Below, in pieces: positions 37,223-50,123 of a stretch of DNA of 64,000 bases. The first letter of the stretch is position 1; each line of letters begins with the position of its first letter. The DNA is from Octopus sinensis. Its lineage: Eukaryota. The translations under genes were made by a program, and so were the position numbers. The stretch is from positions 183,272,001-183,336,000 of the forward strand of contig NC_042998.1 in assembly GCF_006345805.1 (NCBI RefSeq). The letters are read 5' to 3'. The notes under the pieces were generated by a model that was not told the DNA's origin, did no database searches, and saw only the letters and a list, made by a program, of their open reading frames with translations.

Positions 37223-37595
37223 ACATTATTCCAAATGTAAGGAATAGAACAGAAATTTAACAAAAAAAAGTATCTGAAGAAAATTGTTAATTTCCTATGT
37301 TGAAATTTTGTAAATAAAATGTACCAAACATTGGCAAGAAAACCAGAAAACCCAGCTTATCAAGTGTAACAAATATAATGACAGCTGCAGATTAATACAA
37401 AGTCTAATGTCCAATGTATAACATAGGTTTCTGCACTTTTATGAAAGACAAGACTAACATAAATAATGCTAATTTATTACAATGAGGTCTGTTCAACTGT
37501 AACAAATTTTGTCCTAGATTTTGTAATTGCATCTATTACATTTGGACTATTCACCTTATTGCTGACTACATATCACTGATGCTTTCACTATGCAA

Positions 37596-37630
37596 CTACT
37601 GATAAGAATACTGTTGATCTTCATTAAAAG
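37596..37630 (-). CDS. Candidate terminal exon of an unidentified minus-strand gene
   Basis: Strong acceptor tttttatgttacag|; phase-1 reading AFNEDQQYSYQ* (phase 0 is also open for 24 codons). No homology recognised. Confidence 0.25.
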
Positions 37631-37704
37631 CTGTAACATAAAAATGCTTAATTAGAATTTTGCTCCATATAACTTAGTATAACATTTCTGTTTATCTTTT
37701 TTTT

Positions 37705-38100
37705 TCTTTTACCTATTACTTGTTTCAGTCATTTGACTGTGACCATGCTGGGGCACTGCCTTGAAGGGTTTTAGTCAGACAAATCGACCCCCCACCCTAC
37801 CCCAGGACTTATTTTTTTAAAGCCTAGTATTTATTCTATAGGTTTCTTTTGTAACTATTAAGTTACAGGGATTTAAACACACTGATACTGGTTGTCAAGT
37901 GGTCGTGGAAGGCAAACAAAGACACACACACATAGATACATGTGTGTGTGTTGTGTAATGAACTTCTTTCAGTTTCTATCTACAAAATCCACTCACAAGG
38001 CTTCGGTTGGCCTGAGACTATGGTAGAATACGCAGTATGACTAAACCCAGAACCATGTGGTTGGGAAGCTAGGCTATTGCCACACAGCAACACCTGCACC
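37705..38100 (-). mobile_element. SINE family B, diverged
   Basis: Reverse complement of the family B consensus. Confidence 0.8.
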
Positions 38101-38298
38101 TATTTAATCAGAATACATAAAAAAAATTAAGGCCTAATTGATATCAGTTACTGGTGAAGGTATTAGTGGTAGTGATGGTGATAGTGGTAGTTGTGGCTTG
38201 TTGATGTTAAAGCAAACTAATATTAGGAGAACAATGTATCTTTCTCTGTTCCAGCATCTTTGATGCTTAATGTACAGTCCACAGAAATATATTGAACG

Positions 38299-38520
38299 AG
38301 GTAGCGAGCTGGCAGAATCGTTAGCATGAAGGGCGAAATGCTTAGCAGTATTTCAATTCTTTACGTTCTTGAGTTCAAATTCCGCCGAGGTCGACTTTGC
38401 CTTTCATCCTTTTGGGGTCAATAAATTAAGCACCAGTTATGCACTGGGGTTGATGTAATCGACTTAATCCCTTGGTCTGTCCTTGTTTGTCCCCTCTATG
38501 CATTAAAAAAGTAAGAAATA
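38299..38520 (+). mobile_element. SINE family C
   Basis: Aligns with 25517-25747. Confidence 0.9.
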
Positions 38521-38671
38521 TATTGGACAAAAGCTTCAAGGTGGTGCTCCGGCATGGCTGCTGTCCAGTGACTGAAACAAATGAAAGATATTGAAAATAA
38601 TCGACTCACATAAACAAATATTAATGCAAATGCATTATTAATTGGTTTTTATTTACATTCATCATTTTTGT

Positions 38672-39044
38672 TACATGACGTAAAAGCACCGTCCGTTCGT
38701 GGCTGGTTGCCAGCTCTGTTTGGCCCCGTGTCGGTGGCACGTAAAAGCACCATCCGTTCGTGTCCGTTGCCAGCATCGCCTGGCCCCGTGCCGGTGACAC
38801 GTAAAAGCACCATCCGTTCGTGGCCGTTCGCCAGCTCTGTCTGGCACCTGTGCAGGTGGCACGTAAAAAACACCCACTACACTCGCGGAGTGGTTGGCGT
38901 TAGGAAGGGCATCCAGCCGTAGAAACACTGCCAGATCTGACTGGGCCTGACGAAGCCTTCCAGCTTCACAGACCCCAGTTGACCCGTCCAACCCATGCTA
39001 GCATGGAAAACGGATGCTAAACGATGATGATGATGATGATGATG
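38672..39044 (+). mobile_element. SINE family A with three 60-bp tandem units
   Basis: The lines starting at 38701, 38761 and 38821 are in register at a 60-bp period; core and (GAT)n tail. Confidence 0.92.
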
Positions 39045-39424
39045 AAAGTTTACACATGCTGAGAAACTATGGGTTGCAATGATGGAAATTCATCAGATTT
39101 GACCAAATAAATATACTCTGCTACATGTACTGAGTAGTTTTTCTTCCATTTGTATATTTAAACCAATCATGTCCAGCCAAAATATTCTACCTGTTCAAGA
39201 TGGCCAGATCTAACCTTTCATACCTGCCCTGCAATGACATTAAAAATGTAATCAATCACATTATCGAAATCACCACAAGATAATGCATGATTAATTAAAA
39301 ACAATGTGAATGAATAAACATTGTGACAAATTGATTTGAATGCTAAAGGGTTAAATGGACAATAATATTTATATACAGCTCTATGAAATGCATTTGCACG
39401 TTTTACAAAATATTTTAGGAACAA

Positions 39425-39790
39425 CTAGCACTATGACCCAGCAACGCCGGGTCATAGTGCTAGCGCATGCATATACAGCTGTGTGCGTGCACACATACAC
39501 GCGAGTACTGTCCAAATCTCCTACCAATCACATACAGCTAGCTGACATTCAATTGGCATATCAAGTTTCAGGCATTTTGTTTGGGTTTTGGATAGAAAAT
39601 TCACAAAAAAGTCACTTCTATCGATTTTTTAATGGCTTTGTGGGGTGACTGGGGAAATGTAAAGATGTGCATGACCACCCTTGGACGGTTTTCAATGACC
39701 ATAGAAAGTGCGATCCCTCTAACTGAAAAATTGTGGATTTGTATAAAGGACACACACACACACACATTTTGCCGTTTATATATAGAGAGA
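39425..39790 (-). mobile_element. Non-autonomous Helitron with palindromic 3' end
   Basis: Minus strand A|TCTCTCTATATATAAA...CTAG|T; the 3' 39 bp form CTAGCACTATGACCC-n9-GGGTCATAGTGCTAG. Confidence 0.85.
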
Positions 39791-39875
39791 TGATGAGCAT
39801 ATGAAATTTTCATACTTTGCATCCCTCAAACACCTGATGACTTATATATTGCTCTTAAATTAAGCAAGTCTGTTG

Positions 39876-40147
39876 ACACCTCTACTATATTGTGGATGAC
39901 AAAGAAAAGAATGTGTGTGGGCAGTGCATTGTGTTCTTGAGCAAAACACTTCATTCCATGTTGCTCCAATCCAGCAATAGCTGAGAAATTAGCCCTGCAG
40001 CAGACGGACATCCTGTTCAGTGGAGAGTGTTGTAATCTTAAAAACCAGGTTAAATTCCAGCTTAATGAGTCCTAGGGCCTACAGCAGACCTAAGCTAAGC
40101 TAAGATGGAAAAGAAACAAAAGAACTGTTTACACCTCTACTATATTG
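39876..40147. repeat. 238-bp templated insertion (39893-40130) flanked by a 17-bp duplication
   Basis: ACACCTCTACTATATTG at 39876-39892 and 40131-40147; the insert is about 96% identical to 40821-41058. Confidence 0.92.
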
Positions 40148-40597
40148 GAATTTGAATTTAATGGTAAAGATTTTTAGGAAATAAAAAGAATGGTTTACTT
40201 ATAAGAGTGTTGTTTAAGTTTAGATAAGAAGAGTTATATTCTTTGCGCTGTGTTGCATGGAATACAGTGTTGATGGTTGAGATGGAGGAAGTATTACAGT
40301 TTAGGAAATAGAGGTTGAGAGAGACTTAAGTCTGATACTAACTCAAAATTTACTTTATTTATCAAATTTGCCATAGAGGTAGTACAAAGACGGGTAGCTT
40401 TGCGGGCTGGACAAGATATTGATGAGGCGAATGATAATAGTACAGGATGATACGGATGGGAGAAGACAGAAAGCGCCCGCCGACCCTCTGCTTCTCTATA
40501 ATGTTGTTTTTTTAGAATGACACATCTTGAGGTAATAACCCTCAAAATTTACTTACCACATGAAACCTTTTAGGATGGCAGTAAATAGGGACAAGTA

Positions 40598-40812
40598 AAG
40601 CAGTGAGCTGGCAGAATCATTAGCATGCCAGGCAAGATGCTTAGTGGCATTTCATCCATCTTTATGTCCTGAGTTCAAATTCCACCAAAATTGACTCTGA
40701 CTTTCATTCTTTCAGAGTCAATAAAATGAGTACCAGTTGAACACGGGTCAATTTAATCAACTTGGCCCCTCCCCAAAAACTGCTGGCCTTGTGCCAAAAT
40801 CTGAAATAAATA
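40598..40812 (+). mobile_element. SINE family C, diverged
   Basis: gcagtgagctggcagaatcattagc...gagttcaaattcc head. Confidence 0.8.
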
Positions 40813-41104
40813 GAGACAAGTGGATGACAAAGACAAGAATGTGTGTGGGCAAGGCATTGTGTTCTTGAGCAAAACACTTCATTCCATGTTGCTCCAATCC
40901 AGCAATAACTGGGAAATTAGCCCTGCAGCAGACTGACATCCTGTTCAGTGGAGAGTGTTGTAATCTTAAAAACCAGGTTAAATTCCAGGCTAATAAGTCC
41001 TAGGGCCTACAGCAGACCTAAGCTAAGCTAAGATGGAAAAGAAACAAAAGAACTGTTTATCTAAGACAAAAAGTGAGGATAATTCATAAGAATTTATCTG
41101 TAAC

Positions 41105-41680
41105 AGTTTAGGAACCCCTATCTTGCCCAGGATATTAATCATCTGGAAGCCGTTCAGCGACGTGCAACCAAGAGAATACCCTCCATCAGGCATTTGCCTT
41201 ATTCTTAACGCCTTACTTCCCTGGGCATGGACACATTGAAACTCCGACATCTGGCAGCTGACTTGGCAGACACCCATAAAATTATTAACCATCTTACTAA
41301 CAATAACTCTGAGCACCTTTTCAAACTCCACCTGTCTAACACTCGTGGACATGTTTACAAAGTCAGAAAACAGCACAGCTCCCATGACTTTCGGAAACAA
41401 TTTTTTCATGCTAAGAGTTGCTGAAGCATGAAACAAACTGCCGGCAACAGTTGTTAGTTGTTGGAGCACTGCATCCTTCAAAACTTCCATGCTTCCTGAG
41501 ATTCGCCAACACTACACCTGATTTTCTCCCCTCCATACACACGCAAGCATGTATCTGACTCATACACTGTTCACTTTCCAGACATTTGTACATTACTGCA
41601 TATACTTTATATGCACTTTCTGACAAGTTGTGGTGCACCTGAGCACTGTATATAATAATTTCATTATACTATATTATAAT
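41105..41680 (+). mobile_element. CR1-type LINE 3' end (RT C-terminus, 3'UTR, (ATT)n tail)
   Basis: NPYLAQDINHLEAVQRRATKRIPSIRHLPYS*RLTSLGMDTLKLRHLAADL...TRGH.YK, classical CR1 ORF2 motifs. Confidence 0.92.
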
Positions 41681-44600
41681 TCAATTCTGAGCTAGTTACA
41701 TACCATCTCTAGCCTGGCCCACTCGACATACATGTCCCTTCCTCTCATTCCTATTGTGTATTACTTTCCCAGACCCCCAAACTAACTGCCTCTCATTCCT
41801 TCCCCCCTGGTATGCACAGATATTCAAATTGAACATAACCATATCAGTCTCAACAGTCTCCAAGAGCTCTGTGGGGTTAAATGAGCATATCATATTCCTT
41901 CTTGCTCAGCTATTAAATATTTTGTTTATTTGCCAGTTTATGTCAAAAAACAAGTTTTCTTCAGGTTCACAATTTTTTGCAAGGGTTTGTGTTACTGTAA
42001 ATGTTCCTGTGTAGCATATATGATAATATTACACATCTATTTGGTATACCTGTGTAATATAATTATACCATTTGTTGATTTTCTTCCCTGTTTTTTATAA
42101 TTATCTGAGTCACAGCTGACTAAAACATTAGAATATTACTAGCAGAAAAGCCAATAGTTATTTTCTGTCACTTATACTGTTGTGCATGTCCTTTCAATAA
42201 CTCAATCCTATCAGCTGCAATTGAGTATCAAAAGTCGATGCCACTTTATCCCTTTAGACAGCAGAAATACCAGAACAGGAAAGCTTTCATTAGTTTGCAA
42301 AGTTGAGCCCATTCTCTTTTTTTTTTTTTTTAAGGTAAAAAAATCTTGAAAGATTTAAAAGTACACCAACAGAAGTATTTCTCAATAGCTTAATGCTTAT
42401 AAACTTAATAGTTCAAAGTTCAAAATCTATCAAAACCATGGTTTGAGATTTTCTGGTAATAGTGGTTGATAGAAAAAAATAACAAGAGGTAGATAATGCA
42501 ATTTATTCTATCTCTGAGTGTATAAATGGTTTATACCAATGCTTAACAGTTTAATAATAGACATTTTAGACTTCTTGGGGGACTGCAATTAAATGACTTA
42601 TGAAGTTTTCATTCAATAGTTCAAAGTTCAAAATCTATCAAAATCAGTTTAGTCTTTCATCTCTCTGGAAATGATAAAATTAGTGGAACAAGTAGTCAAA
42701 ATTAGATTATAGCTGGCCTATTGAGCTTGTGAACTACTATCAAATGTTTCACTGACTACCTCATAACTGCCCACCCTCTCACTTTTGAAATCATCTAACA
42801 TTCTAGTTTTTGCCTTCTCATTTTTTTTTTTTTTTTCTGGGTTCCTTGTCTTAAAAATATAACGTACAAATTGTCTCTATTTTTAAACCACAAGTGAGTT
42901 TGCTGAATATAAGCTTGCTATATTGAGAAAGTTCAACAACATAAGCACTAGTTTTCTTAGATTACTATCATTGAAATATTCTACCATTGTTAAGTGTATT
43001 CACACTCATTTATTAGTAAATAAGAGAATTCAGTTTTTACAATACATGCTTCTTTCATTTGGGAGAACTGAAAACTTACAGAGAGAGAGAGTGTGTATCA
43101 AATTCTTACAAACAAGCATGAAGGTTTGAATTTTCAAGAATGGAAAAATGAGATTGTATAGTGCAAATGTCTTTCTCAGTAATTAAAAACAAAAAAAAGT
43201 ACAATGTCTCTCCAAGAACCAACTTTATATCATAAACCTTATTAATACAAAATATTCTTTTTTCCTTTATATACAGTTACAAATTTATGGAGGGGTGGAA
43301 TGATATTGTATGATGCTCATGCCTTTATCAAAAGCATTAACAGTGTAAAGGGAAATAGGTTTAAATGGAAATAGAATAGCTACAAAAATTAACCTAAATT
43401 ATTTCCAATCTTTTGGTAATTTTTCTTTGAAGAATCAGATCATTGAAAATATCTTAGTTTTAGCAATGATTTACAGGATATGGTTAACTTGCGTATGATT
43501 CAGTTTAGTTTTTTGCATGGATATGCAACTTCAGATGCCATATTTCAGTGAGAAAATATAAGTTTTCAAAAACTCTACACTTGATAATTTGGATAGGATT
43601 CTTCACAGAGTCCCATGTCTTGTAGTCTAGTGAGTATGAAGAAAACTAACCTTGGGAAAACAATAGTACTATGTGATGTAAGTAAGGATTAGAAGCAATT
43701 TCAGTAATGAATTTCATGTACAGATAAATGTTTTCAGAGACTATTGTTTCCCCTTCCATTCATTATATTAAGGCTATAATGCAGTCGTTGGTAACTTAAT
43801 ATCTTAATGGTCCAGTTCATATAGCCTGGTTGTCAAAGGATTGCAGAAAAAAAAAAGTTAATAAAATGGTCTTTGAATATGAAAGAGAGAAATGAAGCAA
43901 GGATACATTATACACCCACTGGATGTTGAATGTTAACTTTTATGAATAGCAAAGTACAAGAGAAGTAAGTGAGCAGCTATTAAAAATATCGGCCAATGTA
44001 TGCTAAAGAGTCAATTACACTGAGCATATGCAAATGGACAATGAATGCTTGGTGAAAAGGTGAAAGGCACTTGTGATTATGGAATACTAAGAATGTCATG
44101 GTGAGGTCAGATCTCTAGATGCTCGGCCTCACAGATGAGAGTATAAAAGATTAAAGCAATGAGTGAAATGCTTTATCTATCTCATGGTAATATTGTAAAA
44201 AAAAAATAACAAAACAGCAAAACAGTTGTTTTTTAGCTTTAGGTCAGCCTCGACTTAGAAGATCTATGATCAAAAGCATTTCATCATCATCATCATCATC
44301 GTTTAACATCTGCTTTCCATGCTGGCATGGATTGGACGGTTTGACTGAGGACTGATGAACCAGATGGCTGCACCAGGCTCCAATCTGATCTGGCAGAGTT
44401 TCAGTTACGATTATTCCATTCAGACACAAATCAACCAGAATCATATGCAATGTCTTCATCTTTAAGCCAATTGGATGTGATTTGCAGAAGAGTTGGATAG
44501 TTTTCCTTGCAGGCCAGGTAACCATATAAAAGTTCCCTTATTAGCCCAACAATGGTTATGGTAGGTTTTTTTTTAAATTTCTTGCAGGTTATTATTTTTT

Positions 44601-45399
44601 ATTGACTTTTACAGCACTTAACTATAACTTGAAAACTTACCCTGTATATTTTGCAAATAAATGTCAATAACAATTTAGGAGGATCTTTTTTACATTGTAT
44701 TTTTGTGATTTTTTCATTAAGTTTAAATTAAGGCACAAGCATTCAGTGTTACAAATTCATGAGTTAAAATTCTTTTCCTAGATTATTGGTTATACAAATA
44801 ATGTACAGAAACTGATACTATTATATCAATATTCCAGACTTTCAGATAGTTTACATGTTACAAATCAGAAATACAGAAACACTTAATTATTTACAGTTTG
44901 ATCATGAAGCATTCAATAGGAACCTTTGTATTTTAGTCACTCGGTCAATAGTCATTAGAAAATATTGATATTGCGTCAACAAAAAGTCTAACTTCTGACA
45001 CCCGAATTTTCTGGAATTTGCTTATAACTTAAACAGACTTCACACTATAGATTCACATCTTCCTCAACCTTTTATATAACTCAGTCATTAATGTATGTTC
45101 TAACAATACAATGGCTTTTACTTCCCACAGAAGCAGATTCTAAAAGCAGGTAAGAAAAAAGAAATTATTATCATCATTATTATCACCATTGTTATATTTG
45201 TTGTAGGTCAGTGGATCAGAATATGTAGAACTACCAAAAGATTTCTAGGGAAATTCAGTCTGTTTAGAGTATCCCAAACAGTAGCTCATTTCACTCTCCT
45301 GCATACAAACTTTCTCAGCTGCTTTCTTTTCTTTAACTTACCTACTTAACATACGACTACATCTCAATGACTGGCCCTTCTCTTCAGGGGCTGAAAATA

Positions 45400-45790
45400 T
45401 TTCAGACTCCCAAAATTACTGACACTTTATGAAGTGTCATTGAGGCCCATAATAAAGTATTGTACATATATCTGGAATGGCATTGGTGCTGTTGTAGCAC
45501 AGAGACCTCCAAGACCACATCTACAGAAAGGTACTTGACTGAGTGACTTTATGTCACTCACAGACATTGATAAATATGCCTTTCCTCTCTTTTCTCTAGA
45601 GCTACTACAATGGCCTCTGCTCTTCAAAGCTAGTGACTCTAGTTACCGCCACTCTTGTTACTCCCAGTTCACTTGCCTCTCCTCTTTTCATCACTCATCT
45701 TGGTCCTTCATTAACCTCTGCTCACAATCCTTCCTCTCTACAATGTTAGTCTTCTAGAATTCCCTTCCTTCTCATGTGTTTCCTGTAGGT
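45400..45790 (+). mobile_element. Degenerate L2/CR1-group LINE RT remnant
   Basis: LTLYEVSLRPIIKYCTYIWNG resembles LYKxxIRPxLEYCSxIW. Confidence 0.65.
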
Positions 45791-46048
45791 GTCACCTTGC
45801 AACAGTTAATACAAAACATTAATGACATTAATATTACTAGTCTTGGGAGTTAATGAGTCTTCCTCCAGACATTGTGAGTAAAAGAGAAAACAACCAATCA
45901 CAAATTCTCATTTTTTCTTAAACATTTCAAAGGCAAGCTGATGGTAATTTTTCAAATTCTCTAGCTAGTTTTACTCTTCAGTTACCCACTAAAATTACAT
46001 GTGTTTTTATGGTGGTGGTGAATTTACAATTTAAAATTTTAGCATATA

Positions 46049-46447
46049 CTAGCAGTATCGCCCAGCATTGCTCGGGTTTGTTTCGACTCTTTAGAATTGG
46101 AATTTTTGAAAAGTAAAAATTTTTGCATTATGTAGCTTGTTATTCACTTTAAGTGAACATTTTTCTGGTTGAAATACACCAAAAAAATGGTGACACAGCA
46201 GTCAAAAAATCATTAAAAAATAGGGATTTTCATAGAAAAAAAAGCACCTTTTTGATCTAAATAATTTTTGGTGTTAACATGATCCGATTTTAATTTTTTC
46301 TTCTACAGAAGGAAGAGCAAGCCTTCTATCATACTTTCAATTTTGGTCAACTTGCACACTTGCACCGCAGGGTCTCGGAGGAGATAGTGTTAGTTGAAGG
46401 CTACCAAACCTGCCATATACAGACAACTTCAGCTTTATATATATAGA
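46049..46447 (-). mobile_element. Non-autonomous Helitron
   Basis: Minus strand A|TCTATATATATAAAG...cccgagcaatgctgggcgatactgCTAG|T; 3' end nearly identical to 10931-11319. Confidence 0.9.
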
Positions 46448-46982
46448 TTTTGCTGTCACAACACTTCATAAGCACTGTAGAGCTAAAACCCTCAATGTTA
46501 TTATCGTGCTAGACTTCATATCCATATCTAATAGTAGATACTTCACACATACAGCATTGCCCAAAACTGCATCCCCATAGATGAATTCCTTTTTTTTCAG
46601 AAATAGAAAATACTTTGGCTCTTAAAGGCCATATCAGAGTACTGCTGACATACTTGATATGGTTTTGCTGCTACACACTATCACCTTAGTAACCAAAATA
46701 AAAGGCCAGTCAGCTGATTGGCAATGTTACACTTGCTAACATGCTGCAACTACTGGTTCGCTTGAGCCAAAGAGAAAACCTCTGTGTAGCTGCTTAGCAT
46801 GCTAGAAATAGCAGCAAATTCTTTCTCATATCACACCTCCAGTGTGTTAGAAAATGACACTTTGGATAAGGTAATCTTAGATGCAACTTCAGAAAAAAAA
46901 AAGATGAAATTGGACAAGGCTGGAACACCTGTAATGATACCTATAATTACAGGTGTTCAATTAGGTTAACTTGGGGTTAAGG

Positions 46983-46994
46983 TACTACTACACT

Positions 46995-47032
<38 letters not shown>

Positions 47033-47045
47033 ATACTACTACTAC

Positions 47046-47079
<34 letters not shown>

Positions 47080-47122
47080 CTACTACCACCACCACCACCA
47101 CTACTAATACTACAACTACTAC
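46983..47122. repeat. (TAC)n/(CAC)n microsatellite
   Basis: Directly visible. Confidence 0.95.
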
Positions 47123-47329
47123 CTATTTGAACTCCCTGCCCACATTTTCTTTCCAATCTGATATAATTTACAGAAGTTTAAGCTGGATACCAACCACATC
47201 AACCTCACTAATTAAAAGTAGTTTGCAAAAGTTATGAACATTCCCCTTAATAATAATAATTAAAAAAATTTTTTTTTTAATGATTTCTTTATTATTATTA
47301 TTATTACTTATCATTATACTTTCTACTAT

Positions 47330-47510
47330 AGGCACAAAGCCTAAAATTTGGCAGTGGTGGGGGACTAGTCAATTACATTGACTCCGGTGCTCAGCTGGTA
47401 CTTATTTCATTGAACTTGAAAGGATGAAAAGCAAAGTCAATCTTGGCAGAATTTGAACTCAGAATGTAAAGACAGGTGAAATACTGTTAAGCATTTTGTC
47501 CAACTAATAC
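47330..47510 (-). mobile_element. SINE family C, diverged
   Basis: aaggatgaaaagcaaagtcaa...gaatttgaactcagaatgtaa matches the reverse complement of the family C head. Confidence 0.75.
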
Positions 47511-48319
47511 TAATAACAATATTAGTTGAATATGTAATGATAGCTACTAAGCCAAGACTAAAGTCATTTTAAAATTTTTTCTCGAAAAAATTCCTGAAAA
47601 CATATGTTCTCAATTAAAAAGTATTAAGTGACCCTTCAATTTAATGTCATGTTGTTTTTATATATAACTCCATACAAAATCAAACATCAATATACAAATA
47701 TATATAGACAGATATCTATGCATGTGTGTGTGTGGTGAGGATTACAACCTCAGAAAAATTGCCCTTCATAATGCCAACCCTCTTTTAATGCTCTCTCAAC
47801 AATATACAGGGACATGGTGTAGCCATTATAAAATCAATATCTATCTATCTACCCATCTATCTTTGCATTCGTAGGAAATGTTTGATTAATTTTTACACCC
47901 ACTACAAAATTCATATCACTTATAGAGATGTAAAAATTCTTCATTTACATCATTCACCTGCTTCTAGAAAGAATTGAACTTAAAAAGCCTAAATTGTTCT
48001 CTTAGTATTATAGAAATTGATGAAATCACTTTCTATATATTGACTGAAATAATAAATACTTTTACTTGTATGCACAACATTTTGGACTCTAATTAATTAA
48101 GGACAAATGATCTTGCTTTTTTATATAATGAAAAGGTAACTCTATCTTGAGAAAAAATAAAGACTGGTAAAATTTATTATTTTGTCCACATGGAATATTA
48201 TATTTGAAACGTATATATGACTTTACTTACCAATAAAATTAACCTTTACTTGATAGATGTTTGCAATTTTATTCTTTTTGAAATAAGCATCAAACACTTA
48301 CTACAAATGGGTGACTCCA

Positions 48320-48475
48320 GTAACTACACACGCAAGCATGTATCTGACTCATACACTGTTCACTTTCCAGACATTTGTATATTACTGCATATGCTTTATA
48401 CGCACTTTTGACAAGTTGTGGTGCACCTGAGCACTGTATACAATAATTTCATTATTATTATTATTATTATTATTA
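48320..48475 (+). mobile_element. CR1 3' end with (ATT)n tail
   Basis: Near-identical to 41535-41670. Confidence 0.85.
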
Positions 48476-48706
48476 CATCTCTACAATTGTCAATTTACAG
48501 TTTATGCAATTAGTGATATACAGCTTATGTGTAAGTGTACACTTGGTAATATACAGCTTATGTATAAATATACATTTGTACACAATCATGTATAGATTAT
48601 AGGTTTAAAATTATAATTATATATTGCATATTTATAATTTGCAATTACAAATTTACAATTATGTATATTTATGTATTCAACAGCAACAACACCAACGTTG
48701 TCTCAG

Positions 48707-48926
48707 CTCTTTTGTTACCAACTTGGTTGAAACCGGCTCTGGCTCTGGGTACAAATGTCTTGTTTTCATGAGTTTTGAATTAAAATCTTCCACCAAACCT
48801 TAGTCACAATTTATGTTTCTAACACTAGCTGAATGATAACTAAGTTATTTCACTAAATTCTTTGTTATATTTAAAGTAATTGAAAGCAACACAGAGCATC
48901 TCAAAATAAATACAGTAACAAAAGGG
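48707..48926. mobile_element. piggyBac-like MITE
   Basis: Inverted copy of 22622-22841; right end gtaacaaaaggg|TTAA. Confidence 0.82.
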
Positions 48927-49011
48927 TTAAATGTCATTTTCTCAATGCAAAATTGAGAGTAAGTCTACAATACAGTAATATTTCCTATCCTTTAATCATG
49001 CTTCATCTTAC

Positions 49012-49059
49012 CTGCAAAACACATTCTTGGACCTGTGATACTATTTTGTATGTGCCTAT
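49012..49059 (-). CDS. Candidate 48-nt exon of an unidentified gene (IGTYKIVSQVQECVLQ in phase 0)
   Basis: Strong CAG|gtaaga donor; weak aattaatctag| acceptor; two open frames. Confidence 0.3.
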
Positions 49060-49659
49060 CTAGATTAATTTCATTGAAAACTCATGGCAGTTTTACACTT
49101 ACATATCATTCCTCCTTCTCCTCTTCCTCTTCCTCCTCGTGTTTTATTATCTCTGCCCTCAGTACACTCTACCAATGAACTACTATCTAGATAAATGAAG
49201 TAAAGCAACTGAGAGACAAACCATTCATACATTTGCCGCTTAGTTTTTAGGTCATCATTCTTCTCTTGTAGTTCTGTTGTAAATTATATAAATGTCCCCT
49301 CCTTATTCCTTTTTCTCCCTCTGGGTGGTAGGCACAAGGCACTGCCTACTTCAGCACCACCTCCTTGTCCAATGGTACCTTTAGCAGAGTTCACTCTGTT
49401 GAAATAATTCAAATCCAGTTCCCAGCAGAAAGGTTTTATGGTCTCTCAATGTTTTATGATTTTATGGTCTCACACTTCTCCAAAATACCAAGTATCAGAA
49501 CTAAACCCACTGGTCAAGTTTCTTCCTCTTCTTTAACAACCGTAGAATTTGTTCCAGCCTAGACCCCATACATCTCTTCTTACTAACATGCCAAGCCTAT
49601 GCTTCACTGAGACACAAATCTCTCAACTATTCATAGGCCATCCTTGTTGTCCATATTGT

Positions 49660-49754
49660 TGTGGTGCACCTGAGCATTGTATACAATAATTTCATTATTA
49701 TCATTATTATTTTTATTATTATTATTATTATTATTATCATTATTATTATTATTA

Positions 49755-49805
<51 letters not shown>
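49660..49805 (+). mobile_element. CR1 extreme 3' end with expanded (ATT)n
   Basis: gttgtggtgcacctgagcattgtatacaataatttc followed by about 110 bp of (ATT)n. Confidence 0.85.
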
Positions 49806-49806
<1 letters not shown>

Positions 49807-50123
49807 ACTCTTTACTCAAACTACACTTTGAAAAGTGATATCTACATATATGTAGAGTCTGCTCTCCCCACCATGCACCTCTCTCACTTGGATATCAGTA
49901 ACAAAGAATTCCAGTTGACTCGAACTTCTCTCTCTTCCTGACTCCTCCAACCAGTAACAATGTTTTGACTATATTATTTCCTACATTAATGGCAGCTAGT
50001 TTCATCCTTTTCTGAAGTCACCATTCCCAGTGACTTCAGTACTCAACTCCTTTTGGCTCTCACACTCATACTAATGTCACAAGTGAGGAAACTGAATATT
50101 TTGCAATTGTCAACTGTCTACAA

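Noticed and set aside
38672-38880. CRISPR-like repeat-spacer appearance of the 60-bp units
   Set aside because: Whole units are homologous with no unique spacers; they sit inside a eukaryotic SINE and no cas genes are present.
49103-49186. 84-nt minus-strand exon (RGG-rich)
   Set aside because: Joining it to 49059 would need a 43-nt intron; it lies in GA-rich LINE-like debris.
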